A DNA stretch of 64,000 nucleotides, from contig NW_021836144.1 of assembly GCF_006345805.1 (NCBI RefSeq), forward strand, positions 1-64,000. The letters run 5' to 3'. The stretch comes from Octopus sinensis (taxonomy: Eukaryota). Of the stretch, positions 42,700 through 56,817 are shown piece by piece; the stretch's first letter is position 1, and every line of letters starts with the position of its first letter. The notes under the pieces were generated by a model, which saw only the letters and a program-made list of their open reading frames with translations, made no database searches and had not been told where the DNA came from. The position numbers and the translations under genes are program-made.

Positions 42700-43200
42700 T
42701 GCAGCACTAACAGATATCCTAAATTCACTCAACTGATTAGCATAAGATCACATACAGTCATACTCCAACCCCTGGCTCACAGATATGCTCCAGGTTTTAC
42801 CCTGGAAACATGCTCCAATCATAGGCTTACTGTCTCCTCCTTTTGCCTTTTCCACAGCAAGCAATAATACCTTGTATTGCTCGAAGATGGATGGTTTCAG
42901 GTTATCTTCATATAGGCACTCCAAGCATAGTCTCGTCTCATCTCTTCTTACCTATACTGTATTCAACACATCTATGCCCCACACTAACCACTATGCCAAG
43001 TCCTTTTCTCTCCAGAATATCAGCCCTCTGGAATCTCCTCACAGCTCATATCTTTTCTACAGTTATCAACTTGCCACAGTTTAAGTGGAACATTAATAGC
43101 ATCAATCCCCTCTGTTTTGGGTAGGTTTGCAAAGCCCATGGGCACTGCCCCTTTCTCCAGACCCAGTATGTGAACAACAAGAAAATAAAAGGAAGCAATA
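42700..43200 (+). mobile_element. LINE (Jockey/CR1/I-like) 3' end relic
   Basis: QPLAHR..VSSFCLFH and FLSRISALWNLLTAHIFSTVINLPQFKWNIN are typical ORF2 C-terminal motifs. Confidence 0.7.
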
Positions 43201-43647
43201 AGTTTAAAGTAAATGATTACATGTCCAAGTAATATATTAATTTCATTTGTATGGGCATATCTATTTTTAATATGGATGCTTTATGTAAAACATCTGGCAT
43301 TTTAAAGAGGAATAAAACTAATATTTATTAGTAAATTTTTTTTAAAAATGTAATTTCAATTTGCAATTGTTTTAAAATTTAAAACAAATTTCCTCAGGTT
43401 AACTTATTTTGATAAAAAAATGTTTTTAATAAAATATTTTTATTTGCAGCTTACCTGAGGAAATTTGGTATATTAATATGATGAAGTGAAAGCAATGACA
43501 ATAAAAATTATTGAAATGTAATTAGAATTTTTAGCAGATGAGAGGAAAAATACACATTCCAATTACTGATGAAGAAAAAGGACTTCAGAATTAAACTGAA
43601 AAACAATAATAATGATCAAATTTTGTCTTAGAATTTATAGTACTCAC

Positions 43648-43760
43648 CTTATGAGTGTTCAAAAATTCTACTGAACATGGTAAAATTGCCTTTCGCCCAG
43701 CAACTACTGTAACATTTCGGGCAGGAACTATAAAACTTGGCTCTCGTGGATTTTCTCCCG
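43648..43760 (-). CDS. Internal coding exon, N-terminal part (A-A'-B strands) of an Ig domain; Lachesin/DIP/Dpr/IgLON-like neural cell adhesion protein
   Basis: Acceptor tctttttttttctctttgtgtttatag| and donor AAG|GTGAGT; 113 nt, phase 1 to phase 0. Translation xGENPREPSFIVPARNVTVVAGRKAILPCSVEFLNTHK fits the pattern P.F....NVTV..G..A.LPC.V..L..(Y/H)K. The exon ends just before the expected C-strand V-x-W. Not in the ORF track. Confidence 0.85.
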
Positions 43761-43934
43761 CTATAAACACAAAGAGAAAAAAAAGATTTGTAAGAAGAGA
43801 CTCATCATTAATTGATTAAATGTAATAATTAATTATATCTATGTATACATGTCAGTGTAGCATCATCATCATTTAACATTTGCTTTCCATGTTGCCATGG
43901 GTTGGACAGTTGTGACATAACATGAAATACTTAC

Positions 43935-43966
43935 CTTGAAACAGACCAGACCAATGTAAATAGATA
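43935..43966 (-). CDS. Possible small upstream exon (end of signal peptide) of the Ig gene
   Basis: Strong donor CAAG|GTAAGT; phase-1 end is compatible with the Ig exon and gives ..IYLHWSGLFQA-GENPREP. The acceptor is weak (alternative AG 6 nt further upstream) and there is no ATG in frame. Confidence 0.3.
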
Positions 43967-45476
43967 CTAAAACTTTATAATGATCAGCAAATACCTCTTG
44001 TGCTTGATCAAAATACCTCTAGGGCACAATTGCTTAAAATTTAGTGTTCACACCAAGAATAGTAATGTTCTCTAATTGCTTCATACCAAGAGATGAGTTG
44101 AATGATACCTCCATGTGTTTACTTGATCTGCTAAAAACAGCAGTTAATCTCCTTCAAATCATATCTACTAGTATATTAATAGGAGTCAAGCTTATTGTAG
44201 ATATTGCATTAGATACACTATATTTTAAAAGGGATGAAATGGGGTTTATCTGAAATGCAATCTGCTCAGTCAGAGCTGACCTGAGTTAAACAGCAGCCTA
44301 GAATTTCAACAGCATCATGATTTTATTTTGCCTCGGGGAAGGAGCAGTGACTGTTGCCTTTGCAGGCCCCTTTAGTCCAGTAAGATTTATGTCATTAAAC
44401 TATTTAAAGTCAACACATGCTAGGAAGGTATAAACAAGGAAGGAATTCCAGAGAGTCAATTTTCAGGGAAGGAAGGACTGGGCTTTATGATTAGTGCAGG
44501 CTGGAGTTTGGGCCAGAACAAGAAAGAAGTGAGTAAGAGAAATGAGGGGATATTGAATGCTGTAATGTAGATAACATTAGAGTAAAAAGTAATAGATGTA
44601 AACCAAATAGATATAAAGTCAGTTACAGCAATGGTGAATGAATGATAAAATGCATATATATATATATTTATATGTCTGTGCATCCATGTGTATATGGATG
44701 TCATACAGATGTGCATACGATAGATTTGGAATAATGCTTAATAATTAGCTATCATTTAGATGCCAAAATATTCTGACAAGTATAAGTTTTAATAACATTT
44801 ACATATAATTACCAGAAAGAAATTAAAAGAAATTTTGACATAATAACAAATATATGCATATAATATTTATAGAAAAATATTCAGGAAAACAATGAATTGG
44901 TCGTCAATTAGAAATACAACTATAGGTAATCTGCAATTTTTCTTGTTTCCATTAAGTTGATAGTTTTCATTAATTTGAACTGATAATCAGCCTAAAATAT
45001 GACATAAATATATCAGGATAAATTTCGATATTTTCCATGCCACATTGATGCAATTATTTCATTCATTTTTATTATGTTATTACACGATGCAGTTTTCATA
45101 ATTTGATTATGTTATCAGTCAAAACCAAACAGAACAGAGTTATTCAGTATGAATTTTAGTACATCACTAGCGATGGTGTGTACACACACATATAAATATA
45201 CATAGATACATAAGTATATATATATATATACTTTTTTGCACTGCATAACAAAGACAAGACACGATGTAGGTAAAGACATTTGAGAAATTTGAAAAGTTAG
45301 CACGAAACCGGTAATTTCTTCAAAAACTATGTTACTATATGAAAAATTTTATAACATTCTTCTAACATAACAACTTAAATATATTCTTTAACCTTATAAA
45401 ACAAGCCTTCTGTAGTTTTTTCACTCTTTTCTATTTTCTATATATCCAACCACATGCTTTCACACACCAACTCTCT

Positions 45477-45522
<46 letters not shown>

Positions 45523-48500
45523 TCTATGTGTGCATGTGAATGTTTATTTGTACATATCTACTATATGCATATGACCTCACTCCTATTGTGGAATATAAAG
45601 CAGAACTGGAACATAAATTTCTGTTATGGAAGTAAAACCTAAAATCAAAGAGCTTTAAAGTTAAATTAGCAAAGACCGAAAGTTGTAGTTAGCAAGAAAA
45701 TGAATAAGACTCTTTTTCTACCAGGTAAATGGTCTTGCTCAGTATGTAGGGACAGTGCTGGAAGGAATTCTATTGAATGCACAATGCACTTGGTGTAAGC
45801 TTTGGACACATAAAAGATGCAGTGGAATCACTGGTAGGTGAACAAAGTAGTCTTGTATGTGGCAGACATCCAAGAACAATAAATACACAGGTATTAGCTT
45901 TTTCTCAGAAGTTGTAGGTATTTTCTGATACCTAGGTGACTAAATTAGCCATGGAAGAGGATGTTCTGAAAATATTATTGCTAGAATAAGAATAGAATGG
46001 AGAAAGTTCATAGAGTTATTACCTCTATTGGCAACAAAAGGCTTCTTTCTGAGTGGGACTGAACCCGAAACCACATAGTTAAGAAACAAGCTTTTTAACC
46101 ACACTTCCATACCTAAACATACATATCAGATGGTTTTATTTCAATTTCTATGTCACAAGACTTTGGTTGGCTGAGGGATAAAGTAGAAGTTACTTATCCA
46201 CGGTCTCATGCACTGTGATTGAATCTGAAACCACATGGTTTGGAAGAAGGTTTCTCAACCACACCCATTCCTTAGATAGGCAGACATACAGACATGCAGG
46301 TGAAGAAGATGGAAAAATTTGTAACTTCACCTGAAGTATTTGAATAGCATGTCTGCAGTGAATTGTATAGCTGTGCTAAGCACTTCACTTTTTTATTCTG
46401 TTATCCATTGGATTGCGGCTATGCTGGAGGACAGCCCTAAAGGGTTTTACTCAATCAAAATATACGATTTGAGAGAGAGAGAGAGAGAGAGATGACTACA
46501 TCATGCATTAACATGGTCATTGTCAACTAACAAGGAGAATCTGTTGAAGTACTTGAAACAAAATTAAAGCAATTTAAAAAAAAGAAAATGCTAATCTACG
46601 TAAGTTATTTGTGTATTTATATTTTAAAACATTTTAAATATGAAAAAAAGAAAAAAAGTAATTATATTAAATATTTGGAGAGCTTTTTCAGAAGGGTTTT
46701 AAAGAGCAATGGATTCTTGAATTTCCAGTTTTCAAGTATTTGTTTTATTTTATTTAGAATAACTTTTTGCTCCTTTTTCTTTTTTTTTTTTTACCTTAAT
46801 ATGTAAACTAACTGTTTTATTATAGTTAGTTTCTAGGATTTGGAATTAAAAAAAAAATTGAATATATAAAAAAAAAAGATATTAGGAAAGCAAGAAACAA
46901 AAAGGCAAAAAGTAAATAAATATAAGGATAAATATTTTCTTTTTAGCTTCCAACCATAAATAGGCATTCATTTGTTAATTAATATGACATCTCCATCTGT
47001 TGAGAGGAACAAACCAGTTTCAAGTGAATTATATTTTGGTAAGACTAACATCAACAATACCATTTCCATAATGAATAAGATCAATACCATATTTAAAGTG
47101 AACAAAGAGAACTGGTTTTATATTGGAAATTAAAATAGTGAAAGGCAGAGAGAGAGAAAGTGGGGTTGGAGAGAAAGATAAATGATATTATGTTAATACA
47201 CAATATAAACATAAAACAAGGAAAAGAAATTCAATCTCTGAAAATAAGTATTATTAATGTTATTTATTTACTTACATTATTAATAAACACAATCTAAGTT
47301 TTGAACACTAAGCAAATTGAAAAGAGTTTCTTTTCAAAATGTCCTGTTTCGGTATACTACCAGCAAGATTTATTTTACCTAACTGAATGATTTCTTGGTA
47401 CTTGACTGTACTTATCAAACACTGTTAGTGATACCAGAAATACTGTGCATTCTTTCTGACCACCCAACCTTCCTTCCAAAAGTGATTACATGCTGGATCA
47501 AGCTATAATCTCCATAGAAACTAATGCATGCATTAACTATGAAGAATAAAATAGTTTACTCAGACTGATTGGGAACCATATGTGTGTGTGTGTGTATGTG
47601 TGTGCATGCATGAGTGTGTCTGTGCGTATGTATATATATATTTATTTGTGTGTTCGTGAAATCATATATTTTCATGTGTATGCTTAGAAAGCAGATGTTT
47701 TTATTAGTATAAGATGTACTTAAAGTGCTTGATAGATGAATTCATTCACCCAGCTCAGAACTACCTGCCTAAAGTATGTTTTTTTTTCTCTTCCTTTCAA
47801 TGCATAAGTAAATAAATAGACAAAATAAAGAATAAAATGATCATGAAATTGCTACACATGTTCGAGAATAATGAAAATACTTTGAAACACAAATGATGAA
47901 AACATATAGCTATTCTTTTTGATGTGAAGAAATTCAAGAATAATAGTAATTTCTGAAGACAAAATTATAATGTAGCTTGAGTAAACTGGTATAGAAATAA
48001 GGGCCCAGTCGGATTTTATCTATTTTAAAGCATTGAGTTACAAAGGGAAAAATTTGTGAAATAGTAAACAAATACTGAGATACAGAAGCCAAAGAAACAA
48101 AATGCAGAGCCCAGAGAATTTGGGTAAATTCTTAAATGAAAGACAAAAAATAAAAGAGGGGAAAATGAGGAAGACAAAGATAGGTACACTATCAAACTGA
48201 ACCTTTTATTTAAAATGCGAATAAACTGAGAGACAGGGGAAATGGGAGATGGGGAGAGAAAGGGGAGACTGTATGTGAGTGTGTGTGGATGTACAAGTTT
48301 AAACAATTGCAGAAATATTTCTTTTAATCATGTGTGTGTGTGTGCTTGAGAGAGAGAGATAGAGAGAGAAAGCGAAAGGGAGAGAGGTTTACTAATATGT
48401 GTATATTAGCAATAAAGTATAAGCATGTGTATCAATATAAACACACTTCAATATAGAGAAAGAGTGACAGAGCAAGGCACAGGAAAGTTTGTATTTGTTT

Positions 48501-49419
48501 TAACTAACCAAAACATTAAGAAACATCCAACACTACAGCAGCTTAACTGGTATGTATATAGACTATTATTCTGTGCATTCTCATTTCTTTATAACATATA
48601 TATCGTCAGATTTTTTTTGTTATTATTTTCCTTTTTTTTCTTTACATCTTTTAAATTCTGATATTTTCTCTCAGGAAATGTAGGTTGGTAAAAGCAGGAG
48701 AGTAGTTGGGAAGAGAGAAGAGCAAAAATATGGACAGTGGGAAGTAAGGAAAGCAAATGAATGACAAAGCTAAAAGAAAGTATGGTTTTAGTGAGAGAAA
48801 AATCAATGTAATCCTTCAATATATATTTGTTGCTGTCAGCTGCTTTTTGCAGAGATTTTATGCTTCTAATACTATGTATGTTGTAACAATTTATGGTTAA
48901 CTATTTCCTTGGTATCTTTCTGTTGTAGAAATGGAACCATTCTTTTGAGAAAATACTTCAGTCATATTCTGTTGATTCAATGCTACCATTACAGTAAACA
49001 GTATGTAATAAAGAAAATAAATTTAAATAGCTTTAACTTTCCAACTAAAAACTTTCATTTTTTTTTTGTTTTAATATATAGCATTTTTACTGTTGTATTT
49101 CTGTTAAGTATCTCCAATTAGTCTGTTATACATGGTTAGATAATCACTTAAATTATAGGAATGAACTGCTCAATCAAGATGACAAATAGATAGAGTGAAA
49201 ATTTGATTATTAGTTCAACTCATACCTTTTCATGGGTCTTAGAAATGCTATATCATTCACATTTACACTAACTATATTCTCTCTTTCCTCTCATATCAAA
49301 AATTAATCATACATCGATGGTTATCTCTGATCAGAGAAGTCAATCAAGTGATTATTGTCATATTTGTAAGAATAAATAAAATATTTGAATATTTTATTTG
49401 TAAAAATGTACAAGCAGCT

Positions 49420-49642
49420 GAATAAGAAATACACTTCCCAACCATATGGTCTTAGGTTCAGTCCCCCAGTTGGGTACCTTGGGTGTGTTTATTATAACCT
49501 TGGGTAAGTTGATATGGTCGATGGAAATTGAAAGAAGTTAATTACAAAAGAATAAGTCCCGGGATCGAGTTGCTCGATTAAAGGCGGTGCTCCAGCATGG
49601 CCGCAGTCAAATGACTGAAACAAGTAAAAGAGTAAAAAGAGA
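49420..49642 (+). mobile_element. SINE family A: decayed 5' half joined to a young 3' end
   Basis: Degraded head followed by a near-intact aagaataagtcccggg...gaaacaagtaaaagag. Confidence 0.75.
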
Positions 49643-51327
49643 GTATATGGCTTTTATGTGAGAGTGTGAATTTGTATATTGAAATTTGCAAGCTGATTGA
49701 AAATAAAAATCCAATATTCAGGTAAATGGTTTCATTATCCATAACCTTCTATAAAAATATGCTCAACCATTGAGTTATTTATTGCTTGAAGGGCTAGGGG
49801 AAATACTACCTTGATTAGAAACAGGTGGAGGTTCGCAATAGGAGGAACATCTATCATTAGAAAATCTGCCTCAAAAAAGTTCAGTGAAAATTAAAATAAT
49901 GATGATAATGATACACACACACATATACGTAGATGGTAATAAAGTAACACATGAATTGATAAGGAAAATAAGACAGGGTAGAAAATGCTAAGATAGTTTT
50001 ATCATGTAGTACATTTTAGTACCAGTTTCTATCTTTTAGACTTTTCCAAGTAAGTTGTAAAAGTCTACTCTTAGTTGAAAAAGTCTAAAAGCCGGAAACT
50101 GGTATTAAATGTACTTCATGATAAAATTATTTTAGCATTTTCTACTTTGTCTTAGTTTCCTTTTATATATATATACACACGCACACACATACATACATGC
50201 AATTAAAGTTTCGCATCCATAAAGCTCTAAGCTTTATAGATGACTCACCAAACAGTAATGGTGGAGGGCGTATAACCTATCTTCAAACTGACAGTAGAAA
50301 ACCGTCATGATCAGTTAATTTGTAAACAAAGAATAATATACACTTTTTTAGCTTTAAACAGGATGGGTTATCTTCCTTAGATCAGTCCGATTGGTAAATC
50401 TTATGGACTGACACCATTGACTGGACATATATTTAACTGCATGTAAATACATTACTGCTCCATATTTTAGAGTGTGCTTCTTTTTCGGATATATGATCCA
50501 CTGATGATACATATATACATATGTACACATACACAGAGCATACATCTCTGTGTGTGAGAGTCTACTATATTATACCCATATTTTATGCCTTATGTATCTT
50601 AAATATTATTGGAGTTGTTACCTTCTGAAGACTGCTTTGGTTCTGTAATCCAATATACGTGTGTGTATACATGTGCATATATATGTATGCATGTGTACAT
50701 AGACATTTTCAGATAAGTTGTGTGGAGCAACATGAAATGATGCTCCTCATGCAAGGATACAATATGGCACTAAGTGTAGGAATCAGATTCATAACCTTAT
50801 GATTGTAAGCACAATTCTCTAACTACTAGGCACTGTCTTCATATTTTCCTTATAATTGATATATCTCTATCCATTACAAAGGTAATAAGCACCCTGTGTA
50901 ATTGTATTCTTCTACAGTGTTAATTTTAAAATCTTCCTTTTGGCCTAGAAGCAGCTGTGATAAATTACTTTCATTATCACCACTATACCAAAGAGTGTTC
51001 ATTATGGGTGAATCTCAAATGCCAACACTTCAGGAATCTCATACGCTAGATAAACTGAGCCATTCCATATTTCAGTAGCCAAAAGATAATTCAATCTTCT
51101 CAACATCCAAACACTGATCCCTAATAAGTGTTGTTCTGTTTACTGTGAGATGTCATGATCAAACATTTGCAGATATCCACAGGGAGTATATCATGGTACT
51201 TAATTATAATTTATGGGCTCATGCACCTTATCTTTATTAGCATAACTAATCTACATCAATGTTCTTTACGTTCTTACGAGTTCAATACAGAATAACAGCC
51301 ACTCATTTTCTATAAATAAAAACAAAA

Positions 51328-51694
51328 AACAAGAGCACTCAGAGAGAGAAAACCTTGGCCAAGGCAACACCAACGTCCTCCCAACAATTAGCCAAAGATG
51401 ATTTTTAAAATGAGAATATCTGAAATAAACTTGACTGCTCTCACAAAAGAGAATACTAAAAATGAATCAGATCGCTCTCAAAACTTAAGTAAAAGAAAAC
51501 AACTCCAGATAATCCAGAATCCTTGGCTAGTACCAGATAGATCCCAAAATCTTATCCGTACATGCCAGTCACAAGGCCAAACATCCCTGAAAGTTTCATC
51601 CAAATCCATCCAGTATTTCTTGAGATATCTTGTCCATGGACAAAGAAACAAACGACTGAGAACAATACCTCCACCTTCGCTAAGGCAGAAGTAA
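51328..51694 (+). mobile_element. Full-length-looking copy of the Helentron/DINE-like family
   Basis: Same internal sequence and 3' hairpin acctccaccttcgctaaggcagaagt. Confidence 0.65.
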
Positions 51695-52052
51695 TTATAA
51701 AAAGATACTTCTGCAGCAGAAGTAATATGATATCAGTCTTTCAGACCAAGAAGTGCTTGATGTGTTAAGATAAACATTATATTACAAGTTTTTAAAACCA
51801 TTTCACGTTTGTGATCATATCCCTCTCCCAAAACAAATATATGATAATTTAGGGTCAGTTTAAAAAGAGAAAAAGAGAAGCCTTAGTATAATAACTGTAG
51901 TTTCTAAGAGAATACTTTTCACTCACAGATGCAGCTACTTAGATACACAATTATATAACTTCAATTGTACACGAATTGAGATGCATGTAAATATAACCCA
52001 GATATTTTTACACACCAAAGTACACTTCAAAACAAACGACAAAAAATAAATT

Positions 52053-52093
<41 letters not shown>

Positions 52094-52595
52094 AAAAGAA
52101 ACTCAAACAAAAGTATTCAGCAAGAGGTATCAAGCCCATATCATACATAAATAATTGGGTTTATCTTGAAATGACTTATATGTCACACAGTTGAAGCAAT
52201 TGGCTTCTGTAAACATTTCTTTCAAGACACTTCTCAACAGCCAATCAAAACTTCAGAATGTTAAAAGGTAACAAAGATTGTATATTGTGATTTGTAAGAC
52301 TTTCATTTGGTATTTTTGCAAAAATCAACAACATACACATTCAACGAAAATGATAAAGGAAAAAGATATATGACATTTGATGTTAATCATTCAGAAGCCA
52401 AAAAGAGAAGTGTATATTTTTTCTAAAATTGAATTGGTAATAATATATTTGTTTCTTTTTTTTTTAAGCTCTCACTTATAATTTGAAAGAATTTTAAAAT
52501 TTATTTTACATTTTACCAATGTACCAAGTTGCATAAGTGTTACTGTATATATGTTTGTGCGTAATAGTTTGACTGTGTTTTCTCAGGTAGTGACA

Positions 52596-52662
52596 AAATC
52601 TTTACACTAAACTTTACACAAATCTTTACACTAAAATTTACACAAATCTTTACACTAAAATC
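52596..52662. repeat. Minisatellite, 24-bp unit x ~2.8 (aaatctttacactaaa(c/a)tttacac)
   Basis: Direct reading. Confidence 0.9.
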
Positions 52663-54635
52663 ATTTTACAATAAATAATAGTTTGAAAAAAAAATAACCA
52701 CAAAATACCATTTTCAAACAGCAATTTGTTAAAAATGATGGGCTTTGTAATTAACTCAGAAAACATTCCCTAATATTGCAAGGTAAGAACTTCAGACTAT
52801 TACAAGCAGCACCCATGAGAGTTCCACAATCCATTTTATGGTACATTGATAGCCATAAAAATCTTATTGGTTGATAATAATATTTTGTCATTTCCTTCCT
52901 AATACTTTGATTAATTTGTAGGAAATCTTGCCAATTCTCTTCTAGCTTGTTTTACCATTCTGGCCTATTATCATTGTTTATATTTTGATTTCTTTCTTTA
53001 TTAACAATTCTCATTCTTTTGCTATTAGCTTCAGCTTCATTGTTCAACATACAACACTTTCTAGCTTCATTTTTATAATATTCATTTCATTCCTTTCATC
53101 CTAAGTTAATGCCTCTTTTCATGTTTGATTCTCCACTCTTTATTTCTAATTCTTATCTTTGCCCTTTCCACAATCTTTTCCCAAATCTTCTCTGCATCTC
53201 TCAATTCACTTCTCACTGTTGCATTCTGATCGTTATCTGCCATAGCAAACACTGTATTGGTAATAAAATAATTTAAGAAGTACTTGATATTATATAGTGG
53301 GTAATACACATATCCAGGATATATTGCTGCATATCTTTTACGAAGAATGTTAGGATCATGATTATAAATATATATAGACAGTTGGAAAAACTTCAGATCA
53401 AGGATATACTATTATAGCCATTCTATGTAGGAAGTTAGGAATAAGGGTTACTAATATATAGATAATGGAATAGATAAATATTCAATCTTCATGACAATGC
53501 CTAACTCTAAGATGCATGCATTAAATTGTTGAGAAAATAGAGTGTCAAACAAATGCTACTAGCATACACGCACACACACTGACACATGTAAATGCTCATG
53601 GCATACACACATATGCATACCCACCACTCACATATACACACAGGTAATTATTGCCTGAGTGTGTATGTGGACACCAATAACATTCATAGGTAAGGGAGTG
53701 TGCGTATGTGGTATGTGACAGATATTTTATACCACAGGAAGCTATCATTAGCACTCATATAATAGATCCTCTTGCTCTTTCTGTTACACACACACACTTT
53801 TACCATCCCCTTTATACAGGTTGACAGATTTTCTTACATCACAGGACACTTTCATTAGCACTTTAATGTAATAAATTCTATTTAAATTACCATTAAGTGC
53901 ATTGAGTTTTTATTTTCAAAGTTTTCGACATGGTAATACTTTATGAATGTATGGATTGCAAAAACACACACCTCATGGCATGCAGTAAATATATAGTTAT
54001 AATTTACTTCATAAAGTTTGTAGAAACTGCTACATCAAGACTACAATGTCACTAAGGTTTTTATATCTGAAAATGTAGAATTTCTTTTTTCTGAAAATAC
54101 ACTACATGGTATTATTTCCAAGGACAGAAGATCTATTATCATATTTCAAGAGTTATTTGTTTGTATTTTTAATCATAGTTTTGTATAGACAATTATGTAA
54201 TATCTATAAGTAAAGATTCCAGAGTATTGGAATAAGTATATTCCCAATATATCTGCATATGCAATGACCACAAGATCAATGGAAAAAAAAAGAAGCAAAC
54301 TGACATAACTACTACAGTATCCTATATTTCAAATGTTTATCTCATGATGCCATTCAAATAGTTTGAATGAGAAAATGAATGAGAAATTGAAAACAGTTTG
54401 AAAGGAAATATCAATTAGAAATCTGTTTAAATCTAATGCAGATTAGTTTTCAACTGAGAAGAAAAATAAAGAAATATGGAAAGTACAGCAGAAATTTCAG
54501 AAGATTATTCAAAATATGATGCCGAAGAACAGGTTTTTGTATTCAGACTTTGATATCTTAAAATGAAATTAAAAATAAAGAAATAAAAATGTAAAGGCAT
54601 TTGATACAGATAAACTATCTTATTTGTATTATATC

Positions 54636-54812
54636 AATTTTAATGCTTAGATAAATTGAATTTATATTTTTTTTAAACCATTCCATTGAATCACATAAAC
54701 ATTACATTTCATTGTCAAATACAAATGGTATGAAAGTTGACTGAATAATGTATGGAGAAATAAGAAAAAGGAAGAAAATTAATTATTAAGTTTTAAGCCA
54801 TCTTCTAGTTAG
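54636..54812 (+). repeat. Unique-looking 177-bp segment duplicated at 56643-56817
   Basis: The two direct copies are identical except for a 2-nt indel (tttatatttttttt vs tttatttttttt). Confidence 0.95.
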
Positions 54813-54985
54813 TTTGAGTGAAATAACAGCAGACGATAGGACTGAATGAATAATATTGAATTTTCAACTAGAATAGAACAAGAATTAATTAGTTCACGGG
54901 GAAAGAAAAGGCTGCATTCCATTTTATTACAATGATGAACAGCACTATTTTATCTTTCTCACAATTAGAAAGCTGATGCGAAAAT

Positions 54986-55016
<31 letters not shown>

Positions 55017-55219
55017 TATTGGTTTTGGTAATAGTAACAGGATAAATAGAACTTAAAACATAAGTGTATGTATTTTTTTATTTCTAATTGGCAGCAATTA
55101 CAAAGTGATTCCAGGGCCAAAATTTGGTAAGTGCCATGTACAAAATTTTTTTGCCAATTACAAATAACAATGAAGCTAACTTGCACCACTGGTGGAGGTG
55201 CAGTATCAATGTGCATGCA

Positions 55220-55500
55220 TGGCAAAGTGCAAATATGTTGAAAAAAAAACTGAGAGTAAGAGGTATACGGTGAGAAAGAGAGACAAACATACTAGTATGA
55301 TCATGTAGAACACATGGGTGAGGAGAGTAGCATAAGAAGTGCCAATTGCTGAATGTGGATGGAACCTGAGTAAGAGCAATACATAGGAATATATGGGAAG
55401 GTGTAGTGAAGATCAACCTCAGAACACTAATTCTAACAGAGAAGATAAAAAACTGAGGCAATTAGTGATTCACTGAGCACCAAGAAGATCCAGCCATCTC
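55220..55500 (+). mobile_element. RTE-clade LINE 3' ORF relic
   Basis: KKLRVRGIR...KKCQLLNVDGT...WEGVVKINLRTL. Confidence 0.6.
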
Positions 55501-56642
55501 AGCAAAACTGAAGTTTTAAAAGCATATCTTTCATGTTTATACTCTACTACCCAGACTCTCCCAGTCAAACCTTCCCCACAACTCATCTTTCTAACAGGCA
55601 TTCCTCCATCACTCTTTTGACTATGGCAAATATTCACTCAGCTGCTGTAATTATATATGAAAGAACTGCATATATCCCCACTTTAGTGCTACCAGTTATA
55701 AGTCTCCTTGGAATGAACTCCTTTTGTGCACCATCCTGCAATCTTAGTATATACTTTGCCACTTTATTTTTCTCTAATTGTCCCTCTCCTATGAACATTC
55801 TCTTCTATATGCCATCGATACACAAGACCCCAACTTTGATCATCACTCACGAACCCACTACTTCTACACCTATGTACATCTAGCCTCTGTTTCTGTCATT
55901 GGACATCTCGTTCTTAGCCCACACACAATTCACATCATTTCACTATTTCTTATCTATCCACAGTTTTATTATACTGTAAATTTCAACCTGCTTTTTTTTC
56001 TATCGCTTATTTCTCTCCCACCCACTCCTAATTCTTCCACTTTCTCCCTCTAAATGTATATTCACCATTGACTATGCATTCACCTGTGTTCACAGATCTC
56101 TGCTTTCATATCTAAAGCCATTTTTAACCATCTGTCACACTCTTTCTACACTCTTTTGAACTAATCCACCCTCCCATTCCAATCTCCTGTCCTTATTCTG
56201 TTTTTTTTTTTATATTCATCTTTGTGTACATTGAGGATATGCTGTGATAACTCATCCCCACCCACTTTTCTTTCTTTCTTTATCTAGGGTAACTATGCAT
56301 CTCTTATACAGCAAACTACTGTTCCTTTCCCTCTCTCATATTTTAGCTTCTCAACACCTGGCACGAAACCATCTCCTTCAATACTACAACCTTTCCCTGT
56401 TGGGGGGTCTTGATATGTGGATTACTTAGTGACCTCACTAGTGCAAGTGCCGTGAAAAAAGCACCCAGTATACTCAGTAAAGTGAAAGGCATCCAGCCTT
56501 AGAAACTCTACTCATGTACACACTGGCTCTTGACACAGACCACTGGTGAACTGGAGCCTGTCAAACCATCCAAGCCAAACCAGCATTGAAAACAGACATC
56601 CAAAAATGAATGATGATGATGACAGCAATTTTATATATATAT

Positions 56643-56817
56643 AATTTTAATGCTTAGATAAATTGAATTTATTTTTTTTAAACCATTCCATTGAATCACA
56701 TAAACATTACATTTCATTGTCAAATACAAATGGTATGAAAGTTGACTGAATAATGTATGGAGAAATAAGAAAAAGGAAGAAAATTAATTATTAAGTTTTA
56801 AGCCATCTTCTAGTTAG
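56643..56817 (+). repeat. Second copy (175 bp) of 54636-54812
   Basis: Direct sequence comparison. Confidence 0.95.
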
